IMG/VR virus record: IMGVR_UViG_3300033067_000018
Coordinates: 1-31,501 of that record
DNA: 31,501 bases
Reading direction: 5' to 3' (one strand)
Origin: a virus
Lineage: Duplodnaviria > Caudoviricetes
The stretch's first letter is position 1. The number at the start of each line of letters is the position of its first letter. Positions 9,723 to 18,869 of the stretch are shown here, piece after piece. The notes below the pieces were generated by a model that worked only from the letters and a program-made list of their open reading frames with translations, ran no database searches and was not told the origin of the DNA. Position numbers and translations under genes: made by a program.

Positions 9723-10676
9723 ATGGCCACTACGACCTCAATAACTACATCTTACGCAGGTGAATTTGCAGGAAAATACATCTCTGCTGCTTTACTTTCA
9801 GCTTCTACTATCGAAAATGGTGGAATTGAAGTAATGCCTAATGTTAAATACAAATCTGTAATTCAAAAAATCGCTACTGATGCTATCGTAAAAGATGCAA
9901 CTTGTGATTTTTCTGCTACATCTACTGTAACTCTTTCTGAGAGAATTATCACTCCGGAGGAATTCCAAGTAAATTTGCAACTTTGCCGAAAAGATTTCCA
10001 TAGTACGTGGGAAAGCATTTCTATGGGGTATTCTGCATTTGATTCTTTACCTCCAAGTTTTGCTGATTTCTTAATCGGACACGTTGCTGCTAAGGTTGCT
10101 GAAAAAACTGAACAAAACATTTGGAAAGGTGTTACTGCTAATGCGGGTGAATTCAACGGATTTGCTACATTATTATCTTTAGACGCTGCTTTACCAACTG
10201 CTCAAGAAATTGCGGGTACTACAGTTACTGCTGCTAACGTTGTTGCTGAATTAGGTAAAATCGTTGACGCTATTCCTGCTGCATTGTACGGAAAAGAAGA
10301 TTTATACTTATATGTATCTCAAAACATCGCTCGTGCTTACGTTCGTGCTTTAGGTGGATTTGGTGCTTCAGGATTAGGAGCTAATGGTACAAATGCTCAA
10401 GGGACTCAATGGTTTAACAATGGTTCATTATCTTTTGATGGTGTAAAAATCTTTGTTGCTAACGGTTTAGCTTCTAACACTGCAATCGCTGCTGAAAAAT
10501 CTAACTTATTCTTTGGTACAGGTTTATTATCTGACCAAAATGAAGTTCAAGTAATTGATATGGCTCCAATTGATGGATCACAAAACGTTCGTGTAGTTAT
10601 GAGATTTACTGCTGCAGTTCAATACGGAATTGTTGAAGATATCGTAACTTACGGAATCACAAACGCTGCTAACTAA
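9723..10676 (+). CDS. Major capsid protein
   Basis: 317 aa, strongest codon bias in the window, follows protease/scaffold, followed by a strong terminator. Confidence 0.85.
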   Translation: MATTTSITTSYAGEFAGKYISAALLSASTIENGGIEVMPNVKYKSVIQKIATDAIVKDATCDFSATSTVTLSERIITPEEFQVNLQLCRKDFHSTWESISMGYSAFDSLPPSFADFLIGHVAAKVAEKTEQNIWKGVTANAGEFNGFATLLSLDAALPTAQEIAGTTVTAANVVAELGKIVDAIPAALYGKEDLYLYVSQNIARAYVRALGGFGASGLGANGTNAQGTQWFNNGSLSFDGVKIFVANGLASNTAIAAEKSNLFFGTGLLSDQNEVQVIDMAPIDGSQNVRVVMRFTAAVQYGIVEDIVTYGITNAAN

Positions 10677-10694
10677 AAATTAGCTTTTTAAATT

Positions 10695-10729
10695 AAAAAG
10701 GGGAGGTAAAATGCCTTCCCTTTTTTTTT
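10695..10729 (+). terminator. Rho-independent terminator
   Basis: GGGGAGGTA/TGCCTTCCC stem plus T9, preceded by an A-tract. Confidence 0.85.
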
Positions 10730-10755
10730 ACTAACTTTTAAAAATATATATATAG

Positions 10756-11283
10756 ATGGCTTGTGAAATTTCATTAGGTAGAATAGAACCTTGCAAAGAT
10801 AGCAATGGTGGATTAAAATCAGTTTACTTTGTAAATTGGGGTGATATGACAGGAGTAACTTATGACGTAACTAATACAGATGCTATTAGTGCAGTTGCAG
10901 GAACACCTTCAGCATACAAATACGACTTGAAAGGTAATAGTTCATTTGAACAAGCAATTACTTCTTCAAGAGAAAATGGTACTACATTCTTTGAACAAAC
11001 TTTGAACTTAACTTTAAAGAAATTGTCTATTGTAGACCACAAACAAATTAAATTATTAGCTTACGGAAGACCACAAGTTGTTGTTGAAGATAACAATGGT
11101 AACTTCTTTTTATGTGGATTAGAGCACGGAATGGATGTTTCTGGAGGTACTATCGTAACAGGAGCAGCAATGGGCGATTTGTCAGGATATACTTTAACGT
11201 TATCAGGACAGGAAGCAGTTCCTGCAAACTTCTTGACTACTTCTTTGAGTTCTGCTGGATTCACAGTTGTATCAGGTTCATAA
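10756..11283 (+). CDS. Major tail tube protein
   Basis: 175 aa, MAC..GR..PCKD..GG N terminus and GYTLTLSG C terminus typical of Bacteroidota siphophage tube proteins; own terminator. Confidence 0.7.
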   Translation: MACEISLGRIEPCKDSNGGLKSVYFVNWGDMTGVTYDVTNTDAISAVAGTPSAYKYDLKGNSSFEQAITSSRENGTTFFEQTLNLTLKKLSIVDHKQIKLLAYGRPQVVVEDNNGNFFLCGLEHGMDVSGGTIVTGAAMGDLSGYTLTLSGQEAVPANFLTTSLSSAGFTVVSGS

Positions 11284-11303
11284 TTGTTTGTTTTTTGATT
11301 GTT

Positions 11304-11333
11304 AAAAGGGGTGGCTTCGGCTACCCTTTTTTT
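11304..11333 (+). terminator. Rho-independent terminator with C(UUCG)G tetraloop
   Basis: GGGGTGGC-TTCG-GCTACCCT plus T-run. Confidence 0.9.
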
Positions 11334-11341
11334 GTTTTAAA

Positions 11342-11365
11342 TAACAATAAGCACATAGATTTATT
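11342..11365 (+). promoter_or_regulatory. Candidate late promoter TAACAA-N12-TTTATT
   Basis: Directly after a terminator and ahead of the portal block; shared motif. Confidence 0.6.
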
Positions 11366-11382
11366 ATTAAATAAAAAAAAGA

Positions 11383-11712
11383 ATGATAATCTTAAAAGAA
11401 CAAGAAGCTGCACAAGTTTTAAAATTCATACCACGTAGTTATGGAGCAGACACTATTGTATTAAGAAACGAAACTACTAATGAAGTACAGACTATTTCTG
11501 CATCATTTGCTTTAGATAAATATTATTTGACAACTACTACTGCTTTTGATTTAAAAGAAAACACATTTTACAATTTAACTATTAAAAATGGTGTGGAAGT
11601 AGTTTATAAAGATAAAGTGTTTTGCACGAATCAAAACATAGTTAACTATACAGTAAACAAAGATGAATACGTGGCAAACGCTACAAATAACGATTTTATA
11701 ATTTATGAGTAA
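11383..11712 (+). CDS. Hypothetical structural protein (possible head closure)
   Basis: 109 aa, beta-rich, overlaps the portal start. Confidence 0.45.
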   Translation: MIILKEQEAAQVLKFIPRSYGADTIVLRNETTNEVQTISASFALDKYYLTTTTAFDLKENTFYNLTIKNGVEVVYKDKVFCTNQNIVNYTVNKDEYVANATNNDFIIYE

Positions 11713-13435
11713 TATATCAATTGTAAATTTAAGTGCTTATACAAGCCCTGTAATTCAAGAAAACAAAAAGAATGATTTTATCGAATACGGAAGTGACAAC
11801 AATTACTTTCAGTATTTAATAGATAGATATCTTTATTCAGCTACAAACAATGCTATCATAACGGGTGTTACTAATATGATCTACGGAAAAGGTATTGATG
11901 CTTTAGATTCTAACAAAAAGCCAAATGAATACGCTCAAATGCGTAGTATAATTAAAGGCGATATGTTAAAGAAAGTAGCTTTAGAACGTAAAATGCTTGG
12001 AATGGCTGCAATGCAAGTTGTAATGGAAAAAGGCAAAGTAAAAACTTTAGATCATTTTCCTATGCATACTTTAAGAGCAGAAAAATGCAACGACAAAGGA
12101 GAAATTGAAGCGTGGTACTATTACCCTGATTGGAGTAAAAAGAAGCCCTCAGAAGCCCCTAAACGTATTCCCGCATTTGGTTTTGGTAACGGTAATGAAG
12201 TTGAAATATATGTTATTAAACCTTACGTATCAGGATTCCATTATTATACACCTATTGACTATTCAGGTGCACTACCTTATTCTGTTTTAGAAGAAGAAAT
12301 TGGTGATTATTTAATTAACGATGTTCAAAATGGTTTTTCAGGGACTAAAGTGATAAACTTTAACAACGGAATTCCAAGTGAAGAAATGCGTGACCAAATA
12401 AAACGTGACGTATTAGGCAAACTAACAGGTTCAAGAGGTGAAAAAGTTATTGTAGCTTTCAATGCTAATGCAGAATCTAAAACTACAGTTGAGGATATTC
12501 CATTAAATGACGCACCTGCGCATTATGATTATTTATCTAAAGAATGTTTTGAAAAACTAATTGTAGGTCATAGAGTAACTTCACCAATGTTATTAGGTAT
12601 TCGTGAAACAGGTGGAGGATTAAGTAATAATGCAGATGAAATTAAGACTGCTACTTTGTTATTTGACAACATAGTAATTAAACCTTACCAACTTGAAATA
12701 ATTGATGCTTTAGATGAGGTATTAGCGGTAAATGATATATCATTAAAACTATACTTCAAAACTATTCAACCTTTAGAATTTGTAGATATTTCAGGAATGA
12801 ATGCAGAAACTACAGAAGAAGAAACGGGTGTAAAAATGAGTTCACATTTAGATACTATTGATTTAGATTCTTTTGGTGAAGAAATTGATTTAGATGAATG
12901 GGAATTAATAGACAGTAGACAAGTTGAATACGAAGAAGAAGAAAACTTAGATGCTGAATTAAAAGCATTAAACAATCCTAAAAAATCAGTTTTATCTAAG
13001 ATATGGAATTTTGTGAGTACAGGTTCTGCTTTTCCTAATGCTAAATCTGAACAAGATGGAGAATTATTTAAATCAAGATACAGATATAGTGGACAAGTAG
13101 GTGCAAATAGTCGTCCTTTTTGCGTTAAAATGCTTTCAGCTAATAAAGTATATAGGAAAGAAGATATAATGCGTATGAGTCAATCTAAAGTGAACGAGGG
13201 TTGGGGTCCTGAAGGTGCAGATACTTACGATGTGTTTTTATACAAAGGAGGAGGAGCTTGTCATCATTTTTGGACACGTGAAACATATAGAAAAAAAGCA
13301 GACGCTAATAATCCATTAGCGGCACAAATTACACCTGCACAAGCAAGAAAAGAAGGAGAAATATTACCAACTAACAATCCATTAGTATATGAAAAGCCAA
13401 TTAATATGCCTAATCAAGGATTTTTACCTAAATAA
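11705..13435 (+). CDS. Portal protein with a fused ~200 aa C-terminal domain
   Basis: YLYSATNNAII, NGFSG, GHRVTSPMLLGI and VIKPYQ portal motifs in aa 1-360, then an acidic linker and a SRPFC...YKGGGACHHFW domain. Confidence 0.8.
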   Translation: MSNISIVNLSAYTSPVIQENKKNDFIEYGSDNNYFQYLIDRYLYSATNNAIITGVTNMIYGKGIDALDSNKKPNEYAQMRSIIKGDMLKKVALERKMLGMAAMQVVMEKGKVKTLDHFPMHTLRAEKCNDKGEIEAWYYYPDWSKKKPSEAPKRIPAFGFGNGNEVEIYVIKPYVSGFHYYTPIDYSGALPYSVLEEEIGDYLINDVQNGFSGTKVINFNNGIPSEEMRDQIKRDVLGKLTGSRGEKVIVAFNANAESKTTVEDIPLNDAPAHYDYLSKECFEKLIVGHRVTSPMLLGIRETGGGLSNNADEIKTATLLFDNIVIKPYQLEIIDALDEVLAVNDISLKLYFKTIQPLEFVDISGMNAETTEEETGVKMSSHLDTIDLDSFGEEIDLDEWELIDSRQVEYEEEENLDAELKALNNPKKSVLSKIWNFVSTGSAFPNAKSEQDGELFKSRYRYSGQVGANSRPFCVKMLSANKVYRKEDIMRMSQSKVNEGWGPEGADTYDVFLYKGGGACHHFWTRETYRKKADANNPLAAQITPAQARKEGEILPTNNPLVYEKPINMPNQGFLPK

Positions 13436-13444
13436 TTTATAAAG

Positions 13445-13945
13445 ATGGCACAAGCATTATTTGTAACAAGAGAAGATATAGTAAAATTTACTGCAATGAA
13501 TGGAAACGTAGATACGGATAAATTCATTCAATTTGTAAAGATTGCACAAGATATACACATTCAAAACTATTTAGGCACAAAGTTATTTGATAAAATTAAC
13601 GATGCTATTGTAGCAGGAACTTTAGCCAATCCTTATTTAGCCCTTTTAAAGGACTATATTAAGCCAATGGTAATACACTTCGCTATGGTAGAATATTTGC
13701 CATTTGCAGCTTATACAATAGCTAATAAAGGTGTATTCAAACACAATAGTGAGAATAGTACAAACGTAGAAAAGAACGAGGTAGATTTCTTAATTGAAAA
13801 AGAAAGGGATATTGCACAACATTACACAAATAGGTTTATAGATTATATGAGTTATAACCAAGTTTCATTTCCTGAATATAACACTAATTCAAATGGTGAT
13901 ATGTTTCCTGATTCAGAAGCAAATTTTATTAGTTGGGTAATCTAA
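13445..13945 (+). CDS. Head-tail adaptor/connector protein
   Basis: 166 aa, helical, AQDIHIQNYLGTKLF motif, directly after portal. Confidence 0.6.
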   Translation: MAQALFVTREDIVKFTAMNGNVDTDKFIQFVKIAQDIHIQNYLGTKLFDKINDAIVAGTLANPYLALLKDYIKPMVIHFAMVEYLPFAAYTIANKGVFKHNSENSTNVEKNEVDFLIEKERDIAQHYTNRFIDYMSYNQVSFPEYNTNSNGDMFPDSEANFISWVI

Positions 13946-13947
13946 TT

Positions 13948-14031
13948 ATGGTAAAAGAAACTTACAAGCCAAAAGCGGTTAACGTTAAAAAACTGCAACT
14001 ATTTTTAAATAAAATAAAAGACAAAAAATGA
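13948..14031 (+). CDS. Small basic peptide, 27 aa (MVKETYKPKAVNVKKLQLFLNKIKDKK)
   Basis: Fills the gap exactly; ATGA overlap with the next gene. Confidence 0.55.
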   Translation: MVKETYKPKAVNVKKLQLFLNKIKDKK

Positions 14032-14366
14032 GTTTACAATTCACACACATAAAAGGCGATACTTTTGATGAGGTAGCTTTTCAATTAAAGATTAATGAAA
14101 GTGCGGTTAATTTAACGGGTGCTACTATTAGAATGCAATTGCGTAAAAGCTATTCAGATACAGTTGCTGCATTATCACTTACTTCAGTTTCTTCTGCAGG
14201 TATTACAATAACAAACGCTGCAAATGGAGAATTTAAAATTAACACACAAATTATAGACATAGAAGTTTATAATTACGTATATGACATTCAAATTACTTTC
14301 TCAAGTGGAGTAGTTAAAACATACGTACAAGGTGGGTTCAATATTACTAACGAGGTAACAAGATAA
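14028..14366 (+). CDS. BppU-N-like Ig-fold fibre attachment protein
   Basis: KGDTF...VNLTGATIRMQLR...YVYDIQ...TYVQG.F.I..EVT pattern. Confidence 0.65.
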   Translation: MSLQFTHIKGDTFDEVAFQLKINESAVNLTGATIRMQLRKSYSDTVAALSLTSVSSAGITITNAANGEFKINTQIIDIEVYNYVYDIQITFSSGVVKTYVQGGFNITNEVTR

Positions 14367-14370
14367 AAAA

Positions 14371-16662
14371 ATGGGTGATGATATTACTATTGGTGTAACT
14401 GAAATTGTAAATAACATTGAAGTTACTGCTCAACCAAACGACCAAGTTATAGACATAGATGTAGTTGATAATTCAGATGATGTTACTTTAAACATAACAC
14501 CTACTGTAATTGAAATCAATATAAACAAAGGTAGTTCATTTGCAAGATGGGGAACTATATTAGGTAATTTACCTGATCAAGAAGATTTGCAAAATGTTTT
14601 AAATTTAAAAGCTGATTTGGTTGGTGGTTTAGTTCCTGCTTCACAATTGCCTTCATACGTTGATGACATTGTAGAAGTAGCTAATTACGCTGCTTTACCT
14701 GTAGTTGGTGAAACGGGTAAAATATACCTAACTTTAGATAACAATAAAATATTTCGTTGGAGTGGTTCTGTTTACATTGAAGTAGCTGCTAATAATGCTA
14801 TTTGGGGTGCAATTACGGGAACGTTAAGTTCACAAACAGATTTACAAACTGCATTAGATACAAAAGCATTAAAAACAATTACAATAACACCAAATGCTCC
14901 TTTATCAGGTGGTGGAGATTTAAGTGCTAATAGAACAATATCAATAAGTCAATCAAACGCTACTACAGATGGTTATTTAAGTTCTACTGATTGGAATACA
15001 TTTAACGGAAAAGCAGATGATGCTTTAGTTGTTCATAAAGCAGGTTCTGAAACTATTACAGGAATTAAAACTTTTACAGGTAATTCAACCATTTTTGATT
15101 ATACGGGTGCAAGTAGATTAGTATTTAAAGCTGATGGTACAGATACTGCTGAATTTAGTTTTGGTTCTACTTTTACACAAATAACAAGTAAAGCAAGTGA
15201 TGGTTATTTATTTAAAAATAGTGCAGGTTCAAATTCTTTAACTATTAGCAATGCAGGAGCAGGTACTTTTTTAAGTTCACTAACTGCTACATCATTTATA
15301 AAAACAGGTGGTACTTCTAATCAATATTTAAAAGCTGATGGTTCTGTATCTACTTTAACAAATCCAATTACAGGTACGGGTACAATAAACTATTTACCTA
15401 AATTTACTGCAAGTAATACTATCGGTATTAGTAATATTATAGACAATGGTTCTTTTATAGATATTTTAATAGGAGCAGTTATTGCAGGAAACTTAAATGT
15501 TAATGGGGTTGTTTCTTCAGGTACACCTTCAAATACTTTATCTATTACATCGGGTTCGGGTGCTATATTTGTTAAAAATTCATCAAGTAATACTGCTTAT
15601 GCTTTTCAATTAAACACAAGTAGTGGCTTAGACCTTTGGAGTACAAATTCAGGAGGTACTTCTACTCGTAGATTAACACTTGATTCAGGTGGAAACGTTG
15701 GTATAGGAACAACTTCGCCTACATTAGGAAAACTTCAAGTTGTTAAATCAGAATCAGGTTCAGCACCTGGTGCAGTTTTAAGACTTGAAAATACAGGAGC
15801 AAATTATACATCAAAATTAGTTCTTACAGACGGAACTACAAATGATGCTAATATTTCATATTTAGGAGCTACTCAATCTTTAGGATTTGGTTTGGGAACA
15901 TCTTTAAATCAAATGGTACTTACTTTAAGTGGTAATGTAGGTATCGGAACAACAAGTCCGAGTCAAAAACTTACAATAGGAGATGGAACAGGAACAGGTA
16001 ATCAATATTTAAGAATTAATAGTTCTGCAACAGATATTTATATTGGGCAAAGTGGTAGTGGGTTATTTGGATTAGCAGCAAATTCAGGAGGAAATATTGC
16101 AAGTGATAACACCTCATTTCCTTTAGCTATTGGAACTATTGCCGCACAGCCTTTAATTTTTGGAACTACAAACGCAGAACGTATGCGTATCACTTCAGGT
16201 GGTGTTGTATGTATTGGAACTACAAGTGCTTTTGATAGTGGAATAGTTTGTTCAGATGGTGGAACTTCTTTTGTGCCTTATACTGCTAAAATTGGGACTA
16301 CTTCAAGTTCAACTCAAATGTTTTTTAGAAATCCAAATGGTGTTGTAGGTTCTATTTCAACAAGTGGCTCATTAACATCATTTAACGTAACTTCTGATTA
16401 TAGACTAAAACAAGATTTTAAACCATTTAACGGATTGGATTTAGTTTCTAAAATTAAAGTTTACGATTACGCTTGGAAAGTTGACAATAGTAGAATGAAT
16501 GGAGTTATTGCTCACGAATTGCAAGAGGTTATACCATACGCAGTAACAGGTAAAAAAGATGCTGAACAAATGCAATCAGTTGACTATTCTAAATTAGTAC
16601 CAATTTTAGTACAAGCAATACAGGAACTAAAAGCAGAAATAGAAATTTTAAAAAACAAATAA
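14371..16662 (+). CDS. Tail fibre/spike with C-terminal intramolecular chaperone (peptidase S74)
   Basis: G/S/T-rich; two WG.I.G.L..Q.DLQ repeats; GNVGIGTTSP repeats; TSDYRLK cleavage motif, GVIAHEL, VDYSKLVPILVQAIQEL coiled coil. Confidence 0.9.
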   Translation: MGDDITIGVTEIVNNIEVTAQPNDQVIDIDVVDNSDDVTLNITPTVIEININKGSSFARWGTILGNLPDQEDLQNVLNLKADLVGGLVPASQLPSYVDDIVEVANYAALPVVGETGKIYLTLDNNKIFRWSGSVYIEVAANNAIWGAITGTLSSQTDLQTALDTKALKTITITPNAPLSGGGDLSANRTISISQSNATTDGYLSSTDWNTFNGKADDALVVHKAGSETITGIKTFTGNSTIFDYTGASRLVFKADGTDTAEFSFGSTFTQITSKASDGYLFKNSAGSNSLTISNAGAGTFLSSLTATSFIKTGGTSNQYLKADGSVSTLTNPITGTGTINYLPKFTASNTIGISNIIDNGSFIDILIGAVIAGNLNVNGVVSSGTPSNTLSITSGSGAIFVKNSSSNTAYAFQLNTSSGLDLWSTNSGGTSTRRLTLDSGGNVGIGTTSPTLGKLQVVKSESGSAPGAVLRLENTGANYTSKLVLTDGTTNDANISYLGATQSLGFGLGTSLNQMVLTLSGNVGIGTTSPSQKLTIGDGTGTGNQYLRINSSATDIYIGQSGSGLFGLAANSGGNIASDNTSFPLAIGTIAAQPLIFGTTNAERMRITSGGVVCIGTTSAFDSGIVCSDGGTSFVPYTAKIGTTSSSTQMFFRNPNGVVGSISTSGSLTSFNVTSDYRLKQDFKPFNGLDLVSKIKVYDYAWKVDNSRMNGVIAHELQEVIPYAVTGKKDAEQMQSVDYSKLVPILVQAIQELKAEIEILKNK

Positions 16663-16663
16663 T

Positions 16664-16981
16664 ATGATAAATTTTAATTGGGTAACAAATCCCTTAGATT
16701 GCGTAATTGCAGAAGATGGTTTAACAAACGTAGTTAAAACTGTACATTGGAGATTAACAGGAACAGACGAAAATGGAGTTTCAAGTGATGTTTACGGAGC
16801 ACAAAGTTTTCCAACACCTGAAGCCGAAGGATATATTCCTTTTGAAGAATTAACACAAGAAATTATTATTGGTTGGTTGGATTCAGTTTTAGATGTACCT
16901 GCATTAGAAAAACAAATTAAAGATGCAATTTACTTAATTAACAATCCTGTAATGGTTCAACTATCATTACCGAATAATTAA
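16664..16981 (+). CDS. Fibre-associated hypothetical protein
   Basis: 105 aa; VVKTVHW and IPFEELT....IGW motifs commonly follow S74-bearing fibres. Confidence 0.55.
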   Translation: MINFNWVTNPLDCVIAEDGLTNVVKTVHWRLTGTDENGVSSDVYGAQSFPTPEAEGYIPFEELTQEIIIGWLDSVLDVPALEKQIKDAIYLINNPVMVQLSLPNN

Positions 16982-17035
16982 AAACAAAATTTGTATATTT
17001 ACATTTAATTAATAAACAATCTAAATAAAACAAAA

Positions 17036-17179
17036 ATGGAAACAAATCAAGCGATTGAAATTTTAGTACAAGTAGCACACTTGGCTCAAAAAGGTGGATT
17101 ATTACAATTACAAGATGCAGTAGCAGTAGCACAAGCTATTAATGCTTTAGCACCAAAAGAAGAAGTAATAGAAGAATAA
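17036..17179 (+). CDS. Small helical hypothetical protein, 47 aa (METNQAIEILVQVAHLAQKGGLL...)
   Basis: Not in the ORF track; A-rich leader, typical codon usage. Confidence 0.7.
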   Translation: METNQAIEILVQVAHLAQKGGLLQLQDAVAVAQAINALAPKEEVIEE

Positions 17180-17186
17180 ACTTGGA

Positions 17187-17621
17187 ATGAAATACATTAA
17201 TTATTTTTTTGCCTCTTTAATTTTATTATTCGTACCTATCTATGGCTTATTAATAGCCGTAGGTAGTGCGATAATATTAGACACTTTCACAGGTATATTT
17301 AAAAGCATAAAGTTAAACGGATTGGCAAGTATCAGAAGCAGAAAATTAAGCAATGTTATTTCTAAAATGGCATTATACGAAATATGCATTATATTTTTAT
17401 TTTTAATAGACAAATTTGTTTTAAATGAGTTTATTAAACACGCATTTGGATTTGACTTTATGTTTACTAAAATATGTGCTATATTATTAATCTTTGTTGA
17501 ATTAGTATCTATTAAAGAAAACATTGAAGAAACATTTAAAGTTGACATTTGGAATTTATTAAAAACTGCATTCAATAGAGCAAAAGAAATAAAAGCTGAT
17601 ATAAACGAAATAAAACGATGA
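17187..17621 (+). CDS. Holin
   Basis: Several hydrophobic segments, DTFTGI.KS and ELVSIKEN motifs of phage holin 4-like proteins, charged C terminus, overlaps the endolysin. Confidence 0.8.
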   Translation: MKYINYFFASLILLFVPIYGLLIAVGSAIILDTFTGIFKSIKLNGLASIRSRKLSNVISKMALYEICIIFLFLIDKFVLNEFIKHAFGFDFMFTKICAILLIFVELVSIKENIEETFKVDIWNLLKTAFNRAKEIKADINEIKR

Positions 17622-18061
17622 AGTTAATTGCAGAATTTGAAGGATTTAGTGATAGACCATATTATGCTACTGCTGAAGAAAAACTAAAAGGTATTGTAAC
17701 TATAGGATACGGTAATACATTTTACCCTGATGGAACTAAAGTTAAAATTACAGATTCTAAAATAACAAAAGAAAAAGGATTATATATTTTAGAAAAGTTA
17801 GTAGAAAAATTCAGAATACAAGTAAAAAAATATGTTAAAAAAGAATTGACTAAAAACCAAGAGGATGCTTTAGTTAGTTTTGCATATAATGTGGGTATTG
17901 GTAATTTTTCAAAATCTACTTTGTTAAAATTGGTTAACATAAATCCAAACGATGGAATGATTGCTAAAGAGTTTTTAAAATGGAACAAACAAGCAGGAAA
18001 AGAATTAAAAGGATTAACTAATAGAAGAATAAAAGAATCAGCTTTATACTTTACAAAATGA
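17618..18061 (+). CDS. Endolysin, GH24 phage lysozyme
   Basis: FEG...TIGYG, DALVSFAYNVG.GNF..STLLK, GL..RR..E motifs. Confidence 0.92.
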   Translation: MKLIAEFEGFSDRPYYATAEEKLKGIVTIGYGNTFYPDGTKVKITDSKITKEKGLYILEKLVEKFRIQVKKYVKKELTKNQEDALVSFAYNVGIGNFSKSTLLKLVNINPNDGMIAKEFLKWNKQAGKELKGLTNRRIKESALYFTK

Positions 18062-18519
18062 GAGTAATAGTATATATCATATGTGGTGCACTTTTATTTA
18101 GTTGTGCTTCAAGAAAAGTTGCTATTGCAAAAGAAGAAACTAAAACCAAAATAGATTCTACTTCAGTTGTACGAATAGATAGTACATCTACTATAAACAA
18201 CAATATTAAAATATTTGAAAATATATCTGAATTAGAAATAAAACCATTGAATGATAGTTTACCAATTGTAATAGATGGCACAAGCTATTTTAACGCAGTT
18301 TTAAAGTATAAAAAGCAAAATAAAGTATTAGTAGATACATCAAAGAAAATAGTGTCTAAAAACGCTTTAAAACAAGTTTCTAAATCTAAACAAGAAACTA
18401 AAAACATAAAAGAAAAGACTGTAGATAAAAAAGTAAACAATTTTGTTTATTTATGGCTTTTACTTATTCCAATTGGAATGTATTTGTATAGACAACTTAA
18501 AAACAAATTACTATTATAA
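18058..18519 (+). CDS. Lipoprotein with C-terminal transmembrane helix; putative unimolecular spanin
   Basis: Lipobox LLFS-C at aa 12-16, C-terminal FVYLWLLLIPIGMYLY, third gene of the lysis cassette. Confidence 0.65.
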   Translation: MRVIVYIICGALLFSCASRKVAIAKEETKTKIDSTSVVRIDSTSTINNNIKIFENISELEIKPLNDSLPIVIDGTSYFNAVLKYKKQNKVLVDTSKKIVSKNALKQVSKSKQETKNIKEKTVDKKVNNFVYLWLLLIPIGMYLYRQLKNKLLL

Positions 18520-18656
18520 TGGCTAAAAAACAAACTGAAGTATCTGCTAAATTAGATGTTAAAATTTCAAGACCTAACATTCATTCAAAGTCTAAAACAT
18601 CTTCGCTTAAAAGCTCTAAAAACTACCAAAAAAAGTATAAAGGACAAGGTAGATAA
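18519..18656 (+). CDS. Small basic protein, 45 aa, ending KKYKGQGR
   Basis: TAATG-coupled ORF missing from the track; K/S-rich. Confidence 0.7.
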   Translation: MAKKQTEVSAKLDVKISRPNIHSKSKTSSLKSSKNYQKKYKGQGR

Positions 18657-18791
18657 GTTTGCACAATTCGCCTTGTTGTAATTCTTTGTTCTTGTTTACT
18701 TATTTGGTTATATTTCAAATCTTATTTTGATTTTGTCTATTTATTTAATTCTTTCTTTAAAAATTAAAATGTTTAAGTTTTGAGAACAAGG

Positions 18792-18799
18792 CAAAGTTA
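18792..18799 (-). promoter_or_regulatory. Candidate minus-strand Bacteroidota sigma-A -7 element (TAACTTTG)
   Basis: CAAAGTTA on + strand matches TAnnTTTG on - strand, in a long intergenic region. Confidence 0.45.
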
Positions 18800-18869
18800 G
18801 TTGTTTTTTTTGAGATAGTAAATAGTTTTAAAACACAAGTTTTTAACAATAATGTTAATATCTATTAAT

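Noticed and set aside
14371-16662. Diversity-generating retroelement or invertible tail-fibre system
   Set aside because: No reverse transcriptase or invertase, and no template repeat seen; the GNVGIGTTSP repeats are ordinary fibre repeats
16982-17005. Fifth copy of the late-promoter motif (AAACAA-N12-TACATT)
   Set aside because: Mismatches in both halves, and it overlaps an alternative TATATTTA host-type element; ambiguous
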